Positions 28,426 to 38,685 of a stretch of 64,000 nt of DNA are shown here, piece by piece. The notes under the pieces were generated by a model. That model made no database searches. It saw only the letters and a list, made by a program, of their open reading frames with translations, and was not told the origin of the DNA. The stretch comes from Chloroflexota bacterium (GTDB lineage Bacteria > Chloroflexota > UBA11872): positions 2,532,239 through 2,596,238 of the forward strand of contig OZ244802.1 of the NCBI GenBank assembly GCA_965220135.1. Direction: 5' to 3'. A program made the translations under genes and the position numbers. Positions within the stretch are counted from its first letter, which is position 1. Every line of letters starts with the position of its first letter.

Positions 28426-29164
28426 GCGACCAGCCCACCGCGCCCACGGCCTCGTCCACCCGCTCTACCCGATCGGTCTTGGGAATCGCCATCACTCCCG
28501 GCCGATCGATCACCCAGTTCAGCAGCACCTGGGCCGGAGTCTTGCCGACCTCAGCCGCCACCTCGTCCAGTCGCCCAAGGGCCGGGTCTCCAAACTCCCC
28601 CTTCACCAGCGGGCTGAAGCCGATCACCGTCACGCCGTGCTCCTGGCAATAGGGCAACACGGCGTCCTCGATCTGGCGGGCGGCCACGCTGTAGCGCACC
28701 TGGTTGGCGACCAGGGGGACGTCGCTCAGCGCGTCCTGCGCTTCCTTCATGTCATCGACCGAGTAGTTGCTCACCCCCACAAAGCGCACCTTGCCGTCGG
28801 CGACAAGCTGCCGCATCGCCCGCATCGTCTCCGGAATGGGGATGTCGGGGTTGGGGTGGTGGACCTGGTACAGGTCGATCCGGTCCGTCTCTAGGCGCTC
28901 CAGGCTGGCGTCGGCGTGGGACAGCACGTCGTCATAGGCCAGGTTCGCCGGCGAGACCTTGGTGGCGATGAAGTACTCGTCGCGCAGGTCGCCGATATCC
29001 TGCGCCACCTGCGCTTCCGTGCCGTAGGCCTCGGCCGTGTCCACAAAGGCCGCGCCCAGTTCGTGCGCCCGGCGCAGCACACCCGCACCGCCCCGGTACT
29101 GCCAGGCGCCAAACCCGATCTTGGGAATCTGTGTCGTCGTTCGTCCGAGTGGCAGGTATTCCAT
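28388..29164 (-). CDS. aldo/keto reductase
   Basis: Start at the internal ATG (MEYLPLGRT...). AKR motifs: FVDTAEAYG, IATKV and the C-terminal IPKTDRVERVDE. The 3' end overlaps the convergent rsuA-family gene by 38 nt. Confidence 0.85.
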   Translation of the reverse strand: MEYLPLGRTTTQIPKIGFGAWQYRGGAGVLRRAHELGAAFVDTAEAYGTEAQVAQDIGDLRDEYFIATKVSPANLAYDDVLSHADASLERLETDRIDLYQVHHPNPDIPIPETMRAMRQLVADGKVRFVGVSNYSVDDMKEAQDALSDVPLVANQVRYSVAARQIEDAVLPYCQEHGVTVIGFSPLVKGEFGDPALGRLDEVAAEVGKTPAQVLLNWVIDRPGVMAIPKTDRVERVDEAVGAVGWSLTADQRRKLTGD

Positions 29165-29240
29165 GTCGTGCTCGCGTGCGGGTTGTCCCCTAGGACTATG
29201 GCGGCGACCGCCGGTCATGTCGAATCCCGGGCGCTGACCT

Positions 29241-30248
29241 GTGGGAGACTGCCCGCCCACGCCTCCCGCTGGAATGCCCATGCCGCCGCGCGCGCCAATT
29301 GGCGGGGTGCCACTCTTCGATTCGGCCGAAGGCGTCACGCTCCTCAGCCCTGAGGTCGACGCCCCCGGCTACTGGGTCGGCGCGCCCGCGCTCTGGCTGG
29401 ATGATGACGCGCTCTACCTGAGCGTCCGCTGGCGGCGTCCGCTGGACGGCGGTCGCGGTTGGAAGTCCGAGATCTACCGGCTGCGCGACATCGCCACCCT
29501 GGAGCCCGTCTGGGCCTGCACCGCCGACCAATTCGACACAGAGTCCATCGAGCGCTCGGCCCTGGTCCGCACTCCCGGCGGCGCCTGGCGCTACTACGTC
29601 AGCTACCTCGACCCCGCCGACCGCCGCTGGCGTATCGACTTGCTGGAAGCCGACGAACTCACCGCCCTCGACCCCGCCAAGCGCATCCCCGTGCTGGACG
29701 CCGCCAACACCTTCTCGGAGGGCGTCAAGGACCCCGTGGTGCTGCTGCTGGACGGCCTGTTCTACCTGTTTGCCGGTTACGGTCCGCGTGATCGGGTGGC
29801 GGACGGCGCCACGCCCGAACAGCTACACGGCACCGGCAACGTCTTCACCACCGGGCTGGTGGAACACCCCACAGGCCTCTGGGTCTCGGCCGACGGCCGC
29901 CGTTTCGGCTTTGAGCGCGACATCGTCACGCCCGGTGATGGCTGGGACGCCAACGTCACCCGCGTCAGCACCGTCATGCCCACGGACGCGGGATTCCTGA
30001 TTTACTACGACGGCCGCACGACCGAAGGCGACGTGTACGAAGACCGCACCGGCATGGTCTTCTCGCAGGACCTCAGCACCACCGTGCGCCACTCCAACGA
30101 CGGCCCGCTGCTGCAGGGTCACGCCGGTACCCGCTGCCTGCGCTACCTGGACTACGCCGTTCTGGGCGACAGCCTGTTCTACGTCTACGAGACCTCCACC
30201 GCCAACGGCGCCCACGAGCTCCGCGCCAGCCGCGCCCGGCTCCAGTAA
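29241..30248 (+). CDS. hypothetical protein, glycoside-hydrolase-like beta-propeller (GH43/GH130-type fold suspected)
   Basis: 335 aa. Good codon bias. Repeated W/Y/D-rich blade-like segments. No catalytic motif confidently assigned. Confidence 0.45.
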   Translation: MGDCPPTPPAGMPMPPRAPIGGVPLFDSAEGVTLLSPEVDAPGYWVGAPALWLDDDALYLSVRWRRPLDGGRGWKSEIYRLRDIATLEPVWACTADQFDTESIERSALVRTPGGAWRYYVSYLDPADRRWRIDLLEADELTALDPAKRIPVLDAANTFSEGVKDPVVLLLDGLFYLFAGYGPRDRVADGATPEQLHGTGNVFTTGLVEHPTGLWVSADGRRFGFERDIVTPGDGWDANVTRVSTVMPTDAGFLIYYDGRTTEGDVYEDRTGMVFSQDLSTTVRHSNDGPLLQGHAGTRCLRYLDYAVLGDSLFYVYETSTANGAHELRASRARLQ

Positions 30249-30389
30249 AAGGCTTCAAGGGAACGGCGCCCGGCGCCCGATCCCGATGGTCCACGTAAAC
30301 TAGCTGCGGATTCCGCCGGTTGCCGGTTGCGGCCCGGCTCCCAGACCGCGTGAGGCTCCGTTGCAGCACAAGCAGACGAGACCGGCCTG

Positions 30390-31112
30390 ATGGACCTCGG
30401 ACAGATCGTCCAGGACATCGTGAAGGATCCGGCCGCGCTCGGCCAAATCATCCTCTTCGACCTGATCCTCAGCGGCGACAACGCGGTGGTCATCGGGGTC
30501 GTCGCCAGCCGGTTGCAGGGGCGTCAACGGCGCTGGGCCATCATCATCGGGGCCGGCGGCGCCGTGGTGCTGCGCATCGCGCTGGCCTCCATCGCCACCC
30601 TGCTCCTGCAGGCGCCGGCCATTTCGTTGATCGGGGGCCTGGCCCTGTTCTGGGTCGCCTGGCGGTTGCTCAAGCCGGAAGGCGACGAAGAGCACGAGGC
30701 CGCCACCTCCTTCCCGGAGGCCCTTCGCCTGATCATCCTGGCCGACGTGGTCATGAGCCTGGACAACGTGCTGACCGTCGCGGGCACGGCCCACGGCAAC
30801 ATTCCGCTGTTGGTCTTCGGACTGGCGCTGTCGATCCCGCTGCTGTTCGTCGGCGCCGGCCTGATCGCGCTGGCCACGGAGAAGGCGCCGATCATCATCT
30901 ACATCGGCAGCGCGCTGATCTTCCGCATCGCCGTGGTGCTGATCGTGGACGACAAGCTCCTGCACGACTTCCTGACGCCCAGCCTCTGGTTCGAGCACGT
31001 GATCCCATGGGCCGTGGCGTTTGGCGGTCCCGCCCTCTACGTCGCGCTGGCCCGCCGGGCGGGTCGTTCCATCGTTCCGTTCTGGACCAACCCGTTCGCG
31101 AAAGAGGCCTGA
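30390..31112 (+). CDS. TerC family integral membrane protein
   Basis: LILSGDNAVVIGV motif repeated as ADVVMSLDNVLTVAG, i.e. the duplicated DN motif of TerC/YjbE proteins. Polytopic. Confidence 0.7.
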   Translation: MDLGQIVQDIVKDPAALGQIILFDLILSGDNAVVIGVVASRLQGRQRRWAIIIGAGGAVVLRIALASIATLLLQAPAISLIGGLALFWVAWRLLKPEGDEEHEAATSFPEALRLIILADVVMSLDNVLTVAGTAHGNIPLLVFGLALSIPLLFVGAGLIALATEKAPIIIYIGSALIFRIAVVLIVDDKLLHDFLTPSLWFEHVIPWAVAFGGPALYVALARRAGRSIVPFWTNPFAKEA

Positions 31113-31136
31113 CGGGTTGGGCGGTGTGCCTGGCGC

Positions 31137-31537
31137 CTAGGGCCGTTCGGAGTCGCCGGCGTCGCGTGGCGGAACCCGGTACTCGGGGGCGGACTCGGCT
31201 GCGGTAGCGGGCTGCTGCTCACTTGTCGCCGGAGCGGCGACGCGCGTCTCCGCCAGCGAACCGCGGGCGAGCAGCAGAACATCCAGCCGAGCATTCACGG
31301 CGTTGGCGTCGGCGTGCTGGCGGTCGCTCAGCCGCTCGATGCTGGCAGTGGTGTCGGCCCGCACCGCTGCGACTTCACGATGGAACTCCTCTCGCAGCGC
31401 ACGAATTTCGCCGCGCAGGCTCACCTCCAGAATTTCCAGGCGACGGTTGGTGTCGCTCCAGAGTTTCAGTACGACCCCGAGCAGAACAACCCCCGTTCCG
31501 ACGGTTGTTCCGATGATGGTCCACGTTTCAACGCTCA
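31137..31537 (-). CDS. hypothetical membrane-anchored coiled-coil protein; probable CTG start
   Basis: The track ORF starts at a GTG (MSLRGEIRAL...). The in-frame upstream TM helix TWTIIGTTVGTGVVLLGVVLKLW has no ATG, GTG or TTG before the stop. CTG at 31535-31537 would give MSVETWTIIGTTVG... Confidence 0.4.
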
Positions 31538-31669
31538 GGGAATGGCGCTCCGGCTACGGAATCGGGCTGATTTCAACGTAGCACGCAGCGGCGCGCGGAG
31601 GGTAAGCACTCCGACGTCGGCCGTGGGAACGTGCGACGATGTCGCGCCCATCGTCCACCCGAGGCCCCC

Positions 31670-32047
31670 ATGTACAAGCTCCTCCACACCCGCATCCGCG
31701 TCAGCGACCTGGACCAGTCGATCCGCTTCTACGAAGACAACCTGGGGTTCAAGCTCCTCAGCCGCTCCGACCGCTCGCCCGCCGGCAACCAGATCGTCCA
31801 CCTGGAGCTTCCGGGCAACGACCACACCATCGAGCTCACCTGGTCGGCCGACTACGAGCTCAACGTGCCCGAGGACCTGATGCACTTCGCCATCGGCGTG
31901 CCCGACCTGATCGCCTTCTGCGACGAGCTGGAAGGCAAGGGCCTGGAAATCTGGCCCGGCGATTGGCGCGAGACCTTCCCCACCGGCCGCAAAATGGCCT
32001 TCGTCGACGACCCCGACGGCTACGAAATCGAACTGCTGGAACGCTAA
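31670..32047 (+). CDS. VOC family protein / glyoxalase I-like (lactoylglutathione lyase family)
   Basis: MYKLLHTRIRVSDLDQSIRFYEDNLGFKL...HLELPGNDHTIEL...GYEIELLER, typical GloA-like N- and C-terminal metal-binding motifs. Confidence 0.8.
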   Translation: MYKLLHTRIRVSDLDQSIRFYEDNLGFKLLSRSDRSPAGNQIVHLELPGNDHTIELTWSADYELNVPEDLMHFAIGVPDLIAFCDELEGKGLEIWPGDWRETFPTGRKMAFVDDPDGYEIELLER

Positions 32048-32451
32048 AGCTCCCAGTAAGCCTACGAGCGCCTTGTATTGAAGGCGCGCCGGCGTGAGTG
32101 AATCGCCGGCGTGGAAGCCCTAGCCTTGAAAGTCCTCGGCTAGCGCGTCGTCATGGCGCTCCGACAAAGGCTGAGGGCCTACAGGCTGCGACCTGCCCGA
32201 GCCGATGAAAGTGAATTCCTCCATCGAGACCGGCCGCTGCACGGGTGACGCCACGGACCGCACTACGGCCTTGCGGACGGCCGCCGCGGTGGACCTGTCC
32301 TCCGCCGACGCACGTTGCCTGGTCAATTCGCACAGCCGCTCGTCCGGCTGGATTCGCGTGTGCCCCATGCCTTCAGGTTCAGTTAAACCACCGGTGACAG
32401 CATGCCAGCACAGTGCGAACTTACGACGCTCGAGAGCGACTTCCGGACGGC

Positions 32452-33552
32452 TCAGCCCCCCGGGATGTACAGGCTCCGGTCCGCCACCGGCACGTCCACC
32501 CGCGCGCCGCCGGCCAGGTGCGAGTGGGCCACGGCGAATTGGACTTCCACCGACTGCATCGTCACGTCAATGTTCCCGCGCGTCGGCTCGCCGGTTTCCA
32601 GCGAGTTGATCAGGTCGCGGATGGTGTTCACGGTCGGCGGTTCGCCCTGCGCGTAGATCTTGCGCGTGGTGACGTCGTCGGGGTTTGAGCCCAGGCTGTG
32701 GCGGATTTCGAACGTCAGGCCGTTGTCCAGCGCGTAGGCGCGGCCTTCGCTGCCCAGCACGTGCACGTCCAGGAACCCGCGGTGCGGGATGAAGTAGCCC
32801 ACGGCCCCGTTGGCGTAGCCGACCTGGAAATGGCCCACATACGGGTCCGCGACCTCCCAGCCCGGCGAGGGCAGGTAGCGGTGGTTCTCGGCGTCGTATT
32901 CCGGGTGCGCGCGTCGCGGCTCGGGATCGAACGGGTCGCCGGCCTCGATCAGCCGACCGCTCACCCACTGCGGTTGCGGGTCGCCCAGCAGCATCGAGAC
33001 CAGGTCCAGCGTATGCGGGTGGTGCTTGATGAGGTCGGTGTAGGTCAGCATCAGCACGGCCTCGGGTTCGCCGATCTCGCCTGCGGCGATAGCCTCCGCC
33101 AGCAACCGAAAGCCCACGTTGTGGCGGCGCATGGCGCCCCAGTTGAACGCCACGCCGTTGCGTGTCATGGCATCCCGGATCCGGTCGGCCTCGGCCAATG
33201 AGGCGCACAGGCCCTTCTCGCTGTAGATGGCCCGCACGCCGTTCTCGGCGCAATAGATCAGCGGCTCGGCCCGCGCGAACGAGGGCGTGGTAACGCTGAC
33301 GATGTCGGGCTGTTCCTTGTCGATCATCTCGCGGTAGTCGAGATAGGTGTTGCTGATCCCGAACCGCTCGCTGAAGCGCTGCAGGCGCTCGGCCCCGCGG
33401 TTGGCCACCGCCACGACCTCGGTCTCCTCGATGTACTGATAGCCCGAGAAATGGCCGTAGGGGAGGTTCGGGTCCCCGAGCGGAATCTCGTCCTCGATCA
33501 ACCCGCCCATGCGGCCCGTTCCGATAATCGCGACCCGGTACTTGCTTGCCAT
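32452..33552 (-). CDS. Gfo/Idh/MocA family oxidoreductase (second copy)
   Basis: Start at MASKYRVAIIGTGRMG with a GGGAGG SD. The EKP-type motif is present as YSEKGLC. Confidence 0.8.
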   Translation of the reverse strand: MASKYRVAIIGTGRMGGLIEDEIPLGDPNLPYGHFSGYQYIEETEVVAVANRGAERLQRFSERFGISNTYLDYREMIDKEQPDIVSVTTPSFARAEPLIYCAENGVRAIYSEKGLCASLAEADRIRDAMTRNGVAFNWGAMRRHNVGFRLLAEAIAAGEIGEPEAVLMLTYTDLIKHHPHTLDLVSMLLGDPQPQWVSGRLIEAGDPFDPEPRRAHPEYDAENHRYLPSPGWEVADPYVGHFQVGYANGAVGYFIPHRGFLDVHVLGSEGRAYALDNGLTFEIRHSLGSNPDDVTTRKIYAQGEPPTVNTIRDLINSLETGEPTRGNIDVTMQSVEVQFAVAHSHLAGGARVDVPVADRSLYIPGG

Positions 33553-33673
33553 CAACCCGCCTCCCTGCCCACCAACCGCGCCATGCTCACCCAGCCATCC
33601 CGCAGCGGCAACCTGCCTGGCGACGGTCCATTGGGCACAATCGCGGCGACTCCGACTCGCTGGACTCAAATTC

Positions 33674-34546
33674 ATGACCAAATCGACCATCCTTCGCCAG
33701 CGCCTGGCCGGCGACGAGATCATCGTGCTGCCGGGCGCCTATGACGCGCTCTCGGCCAAGCTGATCGAGCAGGCCGGCTTCAAACAGTTCTTCACAACCG
33801 GCTTCGGCCTGGCCGCCAGCACCCTGGGTGAGCCGGATATTGGCTTGCTGACCCAGACCGAGACGCTGGACCGCGCGCGCCGCATCGCCCACACCGTGGA
33901 CATCCCGCTGGTGGCCGACATGGACACCGGCTACGGCAACCCGATCAACGTGATTCGCACCGTCCGCGAGTGCGTGCAGGCCGGCATCGCCGGGATCATC
34001 CTGGAGGACCAGGAGTGGCCCAAGCGCTGCGGTCACCTGGAAGGCAAGCGCGTCGTGCCGGCCGATGACCACGTGCAGAAGCTGCGCGCGGCCGTCCACG
34101 CCCGCGGCGACGACGACCTGGTCATCATCGCCCGCACCGACGCTCGCGCCGTCAACGGGCTGGACGACGCCATCGCCCGCAGCCACGCCAACGTGGAAGC
34201 CGGTGCCGACGTGGTCTTCATCGAAGCCCCGCGCTCGCTCGACGAACTACGCGCCGTGCGCGCGGCCTTCGACCCCGAGATTCCCCTCTTCGCCAACATG
34301 ATCGAGGACGGCGTCACGCCCTTCCTCTCGGCGTCCGAGCTTCAGGACCTGGGTTACATGATGGTGGTCTACCCGCTCTCGGGCTTGTTCGCGGCCACGG
34401 CCGCCCTGCAGCGCACCTACGCGGCGCTGGTGGCCGACGGCACCACCGCCGACGCCGGACCAATGGCCGGACTGGAGGAGTTCAAGGACATCATCGGCGT
34501 AGCCGCCTACGGCGATCTGGAGCGCGAGTTCGTCAGCGCGCCGTAG
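33674..34546 (+). CDS. isocitrate lyase/PEP mutase superfamily enzyme (methylisocitrate lyase / carboxyvinyl-carboxyphosphonate phosphorylmutase-like)
   Basis: Motifs LPGAYDALSA, ADMDTGYGN, IILEDQ and IIARTDA. Confidence 0.8.
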   Translation: MTKSTILRQRLAGDEIIVLPGAYDALSAKLIEQAGFKQFFTTGFGLAASTLGEPDIGLLTQTETLDRARRIAHTVDIPLVADMDTGYGNPINVIRTVRECVQAGIAGIILEDQEWPKRCGHLEGKRVVPADDHVQKLRAAVHARGDDDLVIIARTDARAVNGLDDAIARSHANVEAGADVVFIEAPRSLDELRAVRAAFDPEIPLFANMIEDGVTPFLSASELQDLGYMMVVYPLSGLFAATAALQRTYAALVADGTTADAGPMAGLEEFKDIIGVAAYGDLEREFVSAP

Positions 34547-34754
34547 GTTGCGTCAAGCCTTGGCGTTCGCGCGCTCGGTTGGACATTTCACGAACGTGCG
34601 GCTTGGACCTGACTACTGTGGTTTAGGGTGACTGGTGCGGTCGAGTCCGCGTTTCAGTGGGCTCGGTGACGCACGACAGGGCATAACTCAATCGCCGGTC
34701 ACGGTTACGCGTTCAAATAGCACCTCCGTCTGGGGCGGAACGGAAGGAAGCGCC

Positions 34755-36461
34755 TTGAGAATTTTCGGTCGAATAATCAAGCGGATGGTCGCTGTCGGCA
34801 CTCTGACGTTGGTCCTCATTGCAGGCTTGGCCTGCGGCGAATCCGCGACTGCCCCGGTGCCCACGCCCACAGCCGTCACCCAGGCGCCCAGCACGCCACC
34901 GCCGACCGCAACGCCGGCCATTCCACCGACGCCCACGCCTACCGCCACACCGCCCGCGACCCCCACGCCAACCGCCACGCCAACGCCAGAGCCCACCCCG
35001 ACGCCGACCCCTACACCAACTCTGGATGTGGTCCAGGCGGATGGGAGTATCGACTGGAGCCCGTGCCGACCGGGCAGCAGATTCGAGTGCGCCGTCGTCG
35101 AAGTCCCGGCGGACTACCGGGATCCCGACGCCGACAGCCTGAGCATCGCGATCAACGTGCACCGGGCCACGCAGCCCAACGAACGGGTCGGCTATCTGCT
35201 CGTCAACCCCGGCGGGCCCGGCGGCAGCGGTCTGGACCTGGTCGAATCCATCAGGTCCGGATTCCCCGCGTTCGCCAGGGATCTCGTCGAACGCTTCGAC
35301 ATCGTCGGCTTTGACCCGCGCGGCGTTGGGGCCTCGGACCCGCACTTCGCGTGCGGCGCCCCTGGCGAACAGCTGGACCTGCGTCGCTCCATCGACGCGC
35401 CCGTCGACACGCCAGAGGAAGTCGCCGCCGGCGAGGCCGCCGCCAACCTCTGCATCGAATCTATGGGGACGGTCGGCGCCCTGCTGCACACGGCTTACGT
35501 CGCCAGGGACATGGACGAAATCCGCAAGGCCCTGGGCGTCGAGCAGGTCTCGTACCTGGGCTTCTCCTACGGCTCCTCCGTGGGCGTCTGGTACGCCACG
35601 CTCTTCCCCGACTCGGTCCGCGCCATGGTTATCGACGGCGCAGACAACCCCGTCGATGCGGCGACCGGCCAGGCGGAACGCATTGCCGACGCCCTGGAGG
35701 AGACGGCCCCAATCGCCATTCTTCTCGAAAGGGCCCTGACGGCCTGCGACAGTCCCGAGTGCCCGATCTACAACGACGGCGACCCGATCGGCTACTTCCG
35801 AGAGGCGGCCGAGAAGTTCCACCTGGTCAACGAAGCGGCCAGCAACCATCCCGACGCCGCCGCTTACGCGGTGATCTCACCCCTGTATGCCGAATTCCTG
35901 TGGCCGATCCTCTGGGAGGCGCTGTTCCAACTCAACGAGCTCGACGACCCGTCCGTTTTCCTGCAGATCGCCGAGTTCCAGTGGGAAGCCGGCGGCCCCC
36001 GCGTGGCGCGGATGCCCGAGCACATCGGCTGCCTGGATGACTGGGTCCTGCATCCCGATCAGGACCGGGCGAGCAGGCTGGCCGACGGAGACGTCTATCA
36101 GGCCGCCCAGGACGCGGAGTTTCCGCTGCTGGCGCTGCTGGGCCGCCCGCTGGCCTCCGCCTGTCCGTTCTACGACCAGTTCGCGCCGGATCCTCTTGAG
36201 GGACCGCTCGACGGCGGTGGAGCGCCAATCCTGGTGATCGGCAACCACGGCGACCCGTTTACCCCGTTCATCGAATCCGAGGAGTTGATCACCGAGCAAC
36301 TCACCAACGGGTACCTGGTGGAGGTCGACCACGCCACGCACGGCGTCTATCCCAACAACTCCTGCGTGAACGACGTCGTGCATCGCGTGCTGATTGACGG
36401 CGAGTACCCCGATGAGCGGCGGGTGACCTGCGAGCGCGAGGAATCGCGGCTTCCGTTCTAG
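34755..36461 (+). CDS. secreted S33-family alpha/beta-hydrolase peptidase (tripeptidyl aminopeptidase-like) lipoprotein
   Basis: A TTG start with a GGAAGGAAG SD gives MRIFGRIIKRMVAVGTLTLVLIAGLACG (lipobox). PT-rich linker. Catalytic GFSYGSS (GxSxG). Confidence 0.7.
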   Translation: MRIFGRIIKRMVAVGTLTLVLIAGLACGESATAPVPTPTAVTQAPSTPPPTATPAIPPTPTPTATPPATPTPTATPTPEPTPTPTPTPTLDVVQADGSIDWSPCRPGSRFECAVVEVPADYRDPDADSLSIAINVHRATQPNERVGYLLVNPGGPGGSGLDLVESIRSGFPAFARDLVERFDIVGFDPRGVGASDPHFACGAPGEQLDLRRSIDAPVDTPEEVAAGEAAANLCIESMGTVGALLHTAYVARDMDEIRKALGVEQVSYLGFSYGSSVGVWYATLFPDSVRAMVIDGADNPVDAATGQAERIADALEETAPIAILLERALTACDSPECPIYNDGDPIGYFREAAEKFHLVNEAASNHPDAAAYAVISPLYAEFLWPILWEALFQLNELDDPSVFLQIAEFQWEAGGPRVARMPEHIGCLDDWVLHPDQDRASRLADGDVYQAAQDAEFPLLALLGRPLASACPFYDQFAPDPLEGPLDGGGAPILVIGNHGDPFTPFIESEELITEQLTNGYLVEVDHATHGVYPNNSCVNDVVHRVLIDGEYPDERRVTCEREESRLPF

Positions 36462-36501
36462 GCGGCGGCTCGCTGCTCGGACACGCGACGGCGCATCCGC
36501 G

Positions 36502-37284
36502 TCAAACGCTCTGACAGGCCGCGATAAAGTCCTGCGAGTCGGCCGTGAACACCCAGCGTTCCAGGTCGTGCAGCACGGCGCTGGTGATCTGCAGGCCGTC
36601 GTAGGTCTCCCGCGTCTCGATCCCGCTGGTGCAGTCGCGCAGCAGGATTGGCGCGTAGCCCCGGTTGCGCATCGCGTGTATCCCGTAGTCGCGAAAACGT
36701 ACGCAGATGTTGGTGGCGAATCCGACGTAGACCAGGTGCACCAGCCGCAGGTCGCGCAGCACCCGCTGCATCTGCTCGCCCGTGGCGATCAGGATGTCGT
36801 CCTCCCGCGGCGCGACCGCCTGGTGAATCGTGCGGAAGCGGTGCCAGTCCTCCGGCGGCTTGCCGGCGCTGTCCGGAGGCAGCTCACCCGGCGCCCGCCG
36901 CAGCGACTCGTACGGTCCCGCCACGGCGCGGTAGGCCGGCGGCGGCCAGCCGTCATCGGGCTCCGGCGTGGGCTGCAACTCCTCCACCCCGGCCCAGCGG
37001 GACCATTGCGTGTAGGTGGCGGCGATGGGCGGCGATGGCGCGTAAATTGGGGTCACGCCGGCTGCCCGCGCGGCATCCAGCGCCGGCCGGATTCGCTGCA
37101 CCGTGATGTCGCCGGTGCGCCCCCGATGGGAGGCGATCGGATGTTCGCCCCACGTATCCACCAGGACCAGGGCCGTCTCCGCCGGGTCCAGGTCGGCCTG
37201 CAATTCCGTCGGGACGATGTTGGCCTCCACGTTGTCGGCGGGGCCGGTGCTGTGCATCGCCTGGTAGCGCAGCGTCAGTTGCAT
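36502..37284 (-). CDS. isochorismatase-family cysteine hydrolase
   Basis: LVLVDTW near the N-terminus and catalytic-Cys motif VGFATNICVRF. Start at the internal ATG (MQLTLRYQ...). Confidence 0.65.
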   Translation of the reverse strand: MQLTLRYQAMHSTGPADNVEANIVPTELQADLDPAETALVLVDTWGEHPIASHRGRTGDITVQRIRPALDAARAAGVTPIYAPSPPIAATYTQWSRWAGVEELQPTPEPDDGWPPPAYRAVAGPYESLRRAPGELPPDSAGKPPEDWHRFRTIHQAVAPREDDILIATGEQMQRVLRDLRLVHLVYVGFATNICVRFRDYGIHAMRNRGYAPILLRDCTSGIETRETYDGLQITSAVLHDLERWVFTADSQDFIAACQSV

Positions 37285-37388
37285 GGAACGGATCCTCGAA
37301 CTCGATTCAGCCGAGCATACGCTTGCCAGGCTGTTCGCTTTTTGTATGGTATAACCAAAGCCCAATCCCGACGGATTGCACCTCGACC

Positions 37389-38684
37389 ATGAGCGACGCC
37401 TCGATCCGCTTCGTCCACTTTGCGGACGTTCACCTTGGCTTCCGCCAGTACGGGCTGTCCGAGCGCGCCGCCGACTTCGTCCGAGCCTTCGACGACGCGG
37501 TGGACTACTGCCTGCGGGTCGCGCCGGACTTCGTGGTGATCGCCGGCGATCTCTTCGACTCCAAGTCCATCGAACCGTCCACCTACGCCGCCGCCGACAT
37601 CGCGCTGGAGCGCCTGGCCCGGGCCGGCATCCCGGTCGTCGCCAACGAGGGCAACCACGAGCGCTGGTTTCGGCGCGGCGAGCGCTCCTGGCTCTGGCAA
37701 CTGAGCCGCCACGGCCGCCTGCGCCTGCTGCGGCAGTTCGATCCGCTCACCGGCGAGTTGCAGGCCCGGCCCTGGTCCAGCGAACGCGGCTTCGGCGCCT
37801 ACACCGACATCGGCGCCGCCCGAGTCTTTGGCGTGGAGTACCTGGGCGCGCGGTTGGCGGCCCATCTCCCTGAAATCGGCGCCTCGCTCTCCGCGGTGCC
37901 CGCTGGCGGCCAGCGCGCGGTGATTGGCCTCCTCCACACCGGCGTGGATGAAGCCGTCCACCTGGGCGTCGGCGGAGTGACCCTGGAGGACCTGGCCCCC
38001 ATCCGCGCCTTCACCGACTACCTGGCCCTGGGCCACGTGCACTACGAATACCACCTGCCCCAGCACAACCCCTGGATCTTCAACCCCGGCGCGCTCGAGG
38101 CCCACAACATCCTGGAAGGCCTGATCGGCGAGCCCAGCGAAGGCGAAGGGCGGGTCAGGGGCCTGTACGACGTAACGCTTCGCGCCGGCCGGCCGGCGGC
38201 GGTGGAGGCCGAGTTCCGGGACGACGTGGTCTCCCGTCGCCCCTTCCGGCGCTGGAGCGTCGACGCTAGCGAGGCCGCCGACTTCGATCAACTGTGCACG
38301 CACGTCGACCAGGCCGTATCCGGACGCCTCGAACTCTTCAACGAACCGCCGGTAATCGAGCTGCGGCTGACCGGCCGCCTGCGCTTCGAGCGCATTCACC
38401 TGGACACCGAGCTGCTGGCCGAAATCGTGCGCCAGTCGTTCCAGCCGCTGCATGTGCGCGTGACCCTGCAACTGGCCGGCGATCGGCGCCGAAGCGCCGC
38501 CGCCCGCTACGGAACCAACGTGCGCGCCATCGAGCGCGATGTACTCGTGCAACTAATCAAGGAATCGCCGCACGCCGACGAGGCCGAGGTGCTCACCGCC
38601 GCCGCGCTGGACTTGAAGTCCGCGGCACTTGAGGGTCAATCGCCCGAGGCGCTGGCGCAACACCTGGAACGGCGGCTGGGCTGA
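37389..38684 (+). CDS. sbcD: DNA repair exonuclease SbcD/Mre11 family (calcineurin-like phosphoesterase)
   Basis: Motifs IRFVHFADVHLG, VVIAGDLFD and NEGNHE. Confidence 0.9.
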   Translation: MSDASIRFVHFADVHLGFRQYGLSERAADFVRAFDDAVDYCLRVAPDFVVIAGDLFDSKSIEPSTYAAADIALERLARAGIPVVANEGNHERWFRRGERSWLWQLSRHGRLRLLRQFDPLTGELQARPWSSERGFGAYTDIGAARVFGVEYLGARLAAHLPEIGASLSAVPAGGQRAVIGLLHTGVDEAVHLGVGGVTLEDLAPIRAFTDYLALGHVHYEYHLPQHNPWIFNPGALEAHNILEGLIGEPSEGEGRVRGLYDVTLRAGRPAAVEAEFRDDVVSRRPFRRWSVDASEAADFDQLCTHVDQAVSGRLELFNEPPVIELRLTGRLRFERIHLDTELLAEIVRQSFQPLHVRVTLQLAGDRRRSAAARYGTNVRAIERDVLVQLIKESPHADEAEVLTAAALDLKSAALEGQSPEALAQHLERRLG

Positions 38685-38685
38685 C

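Noticed and set aside
34860-35040. Short-period nucleotide repeats (also at 20760-20960, 21350-21450 and 63600-63700)
   Set aside because: They are codon-level repetition encoding Pro/Thr/Ala-rich linkers inside clear secreted-protein genes. They are not CRISPR or minisatellite elements.
34713-35849. 378-aa minus-strand ORF, and the other long alternate-frame ORFs listed below
   Set aside because: The alternate-frame ORFs at 44192-46000, 12817-13641, 22854-23615 and 23493-24353 all overlap genes with clear family motifs on the other strand or frame. All show Arg/Pro/Gly-rich shadow composition.
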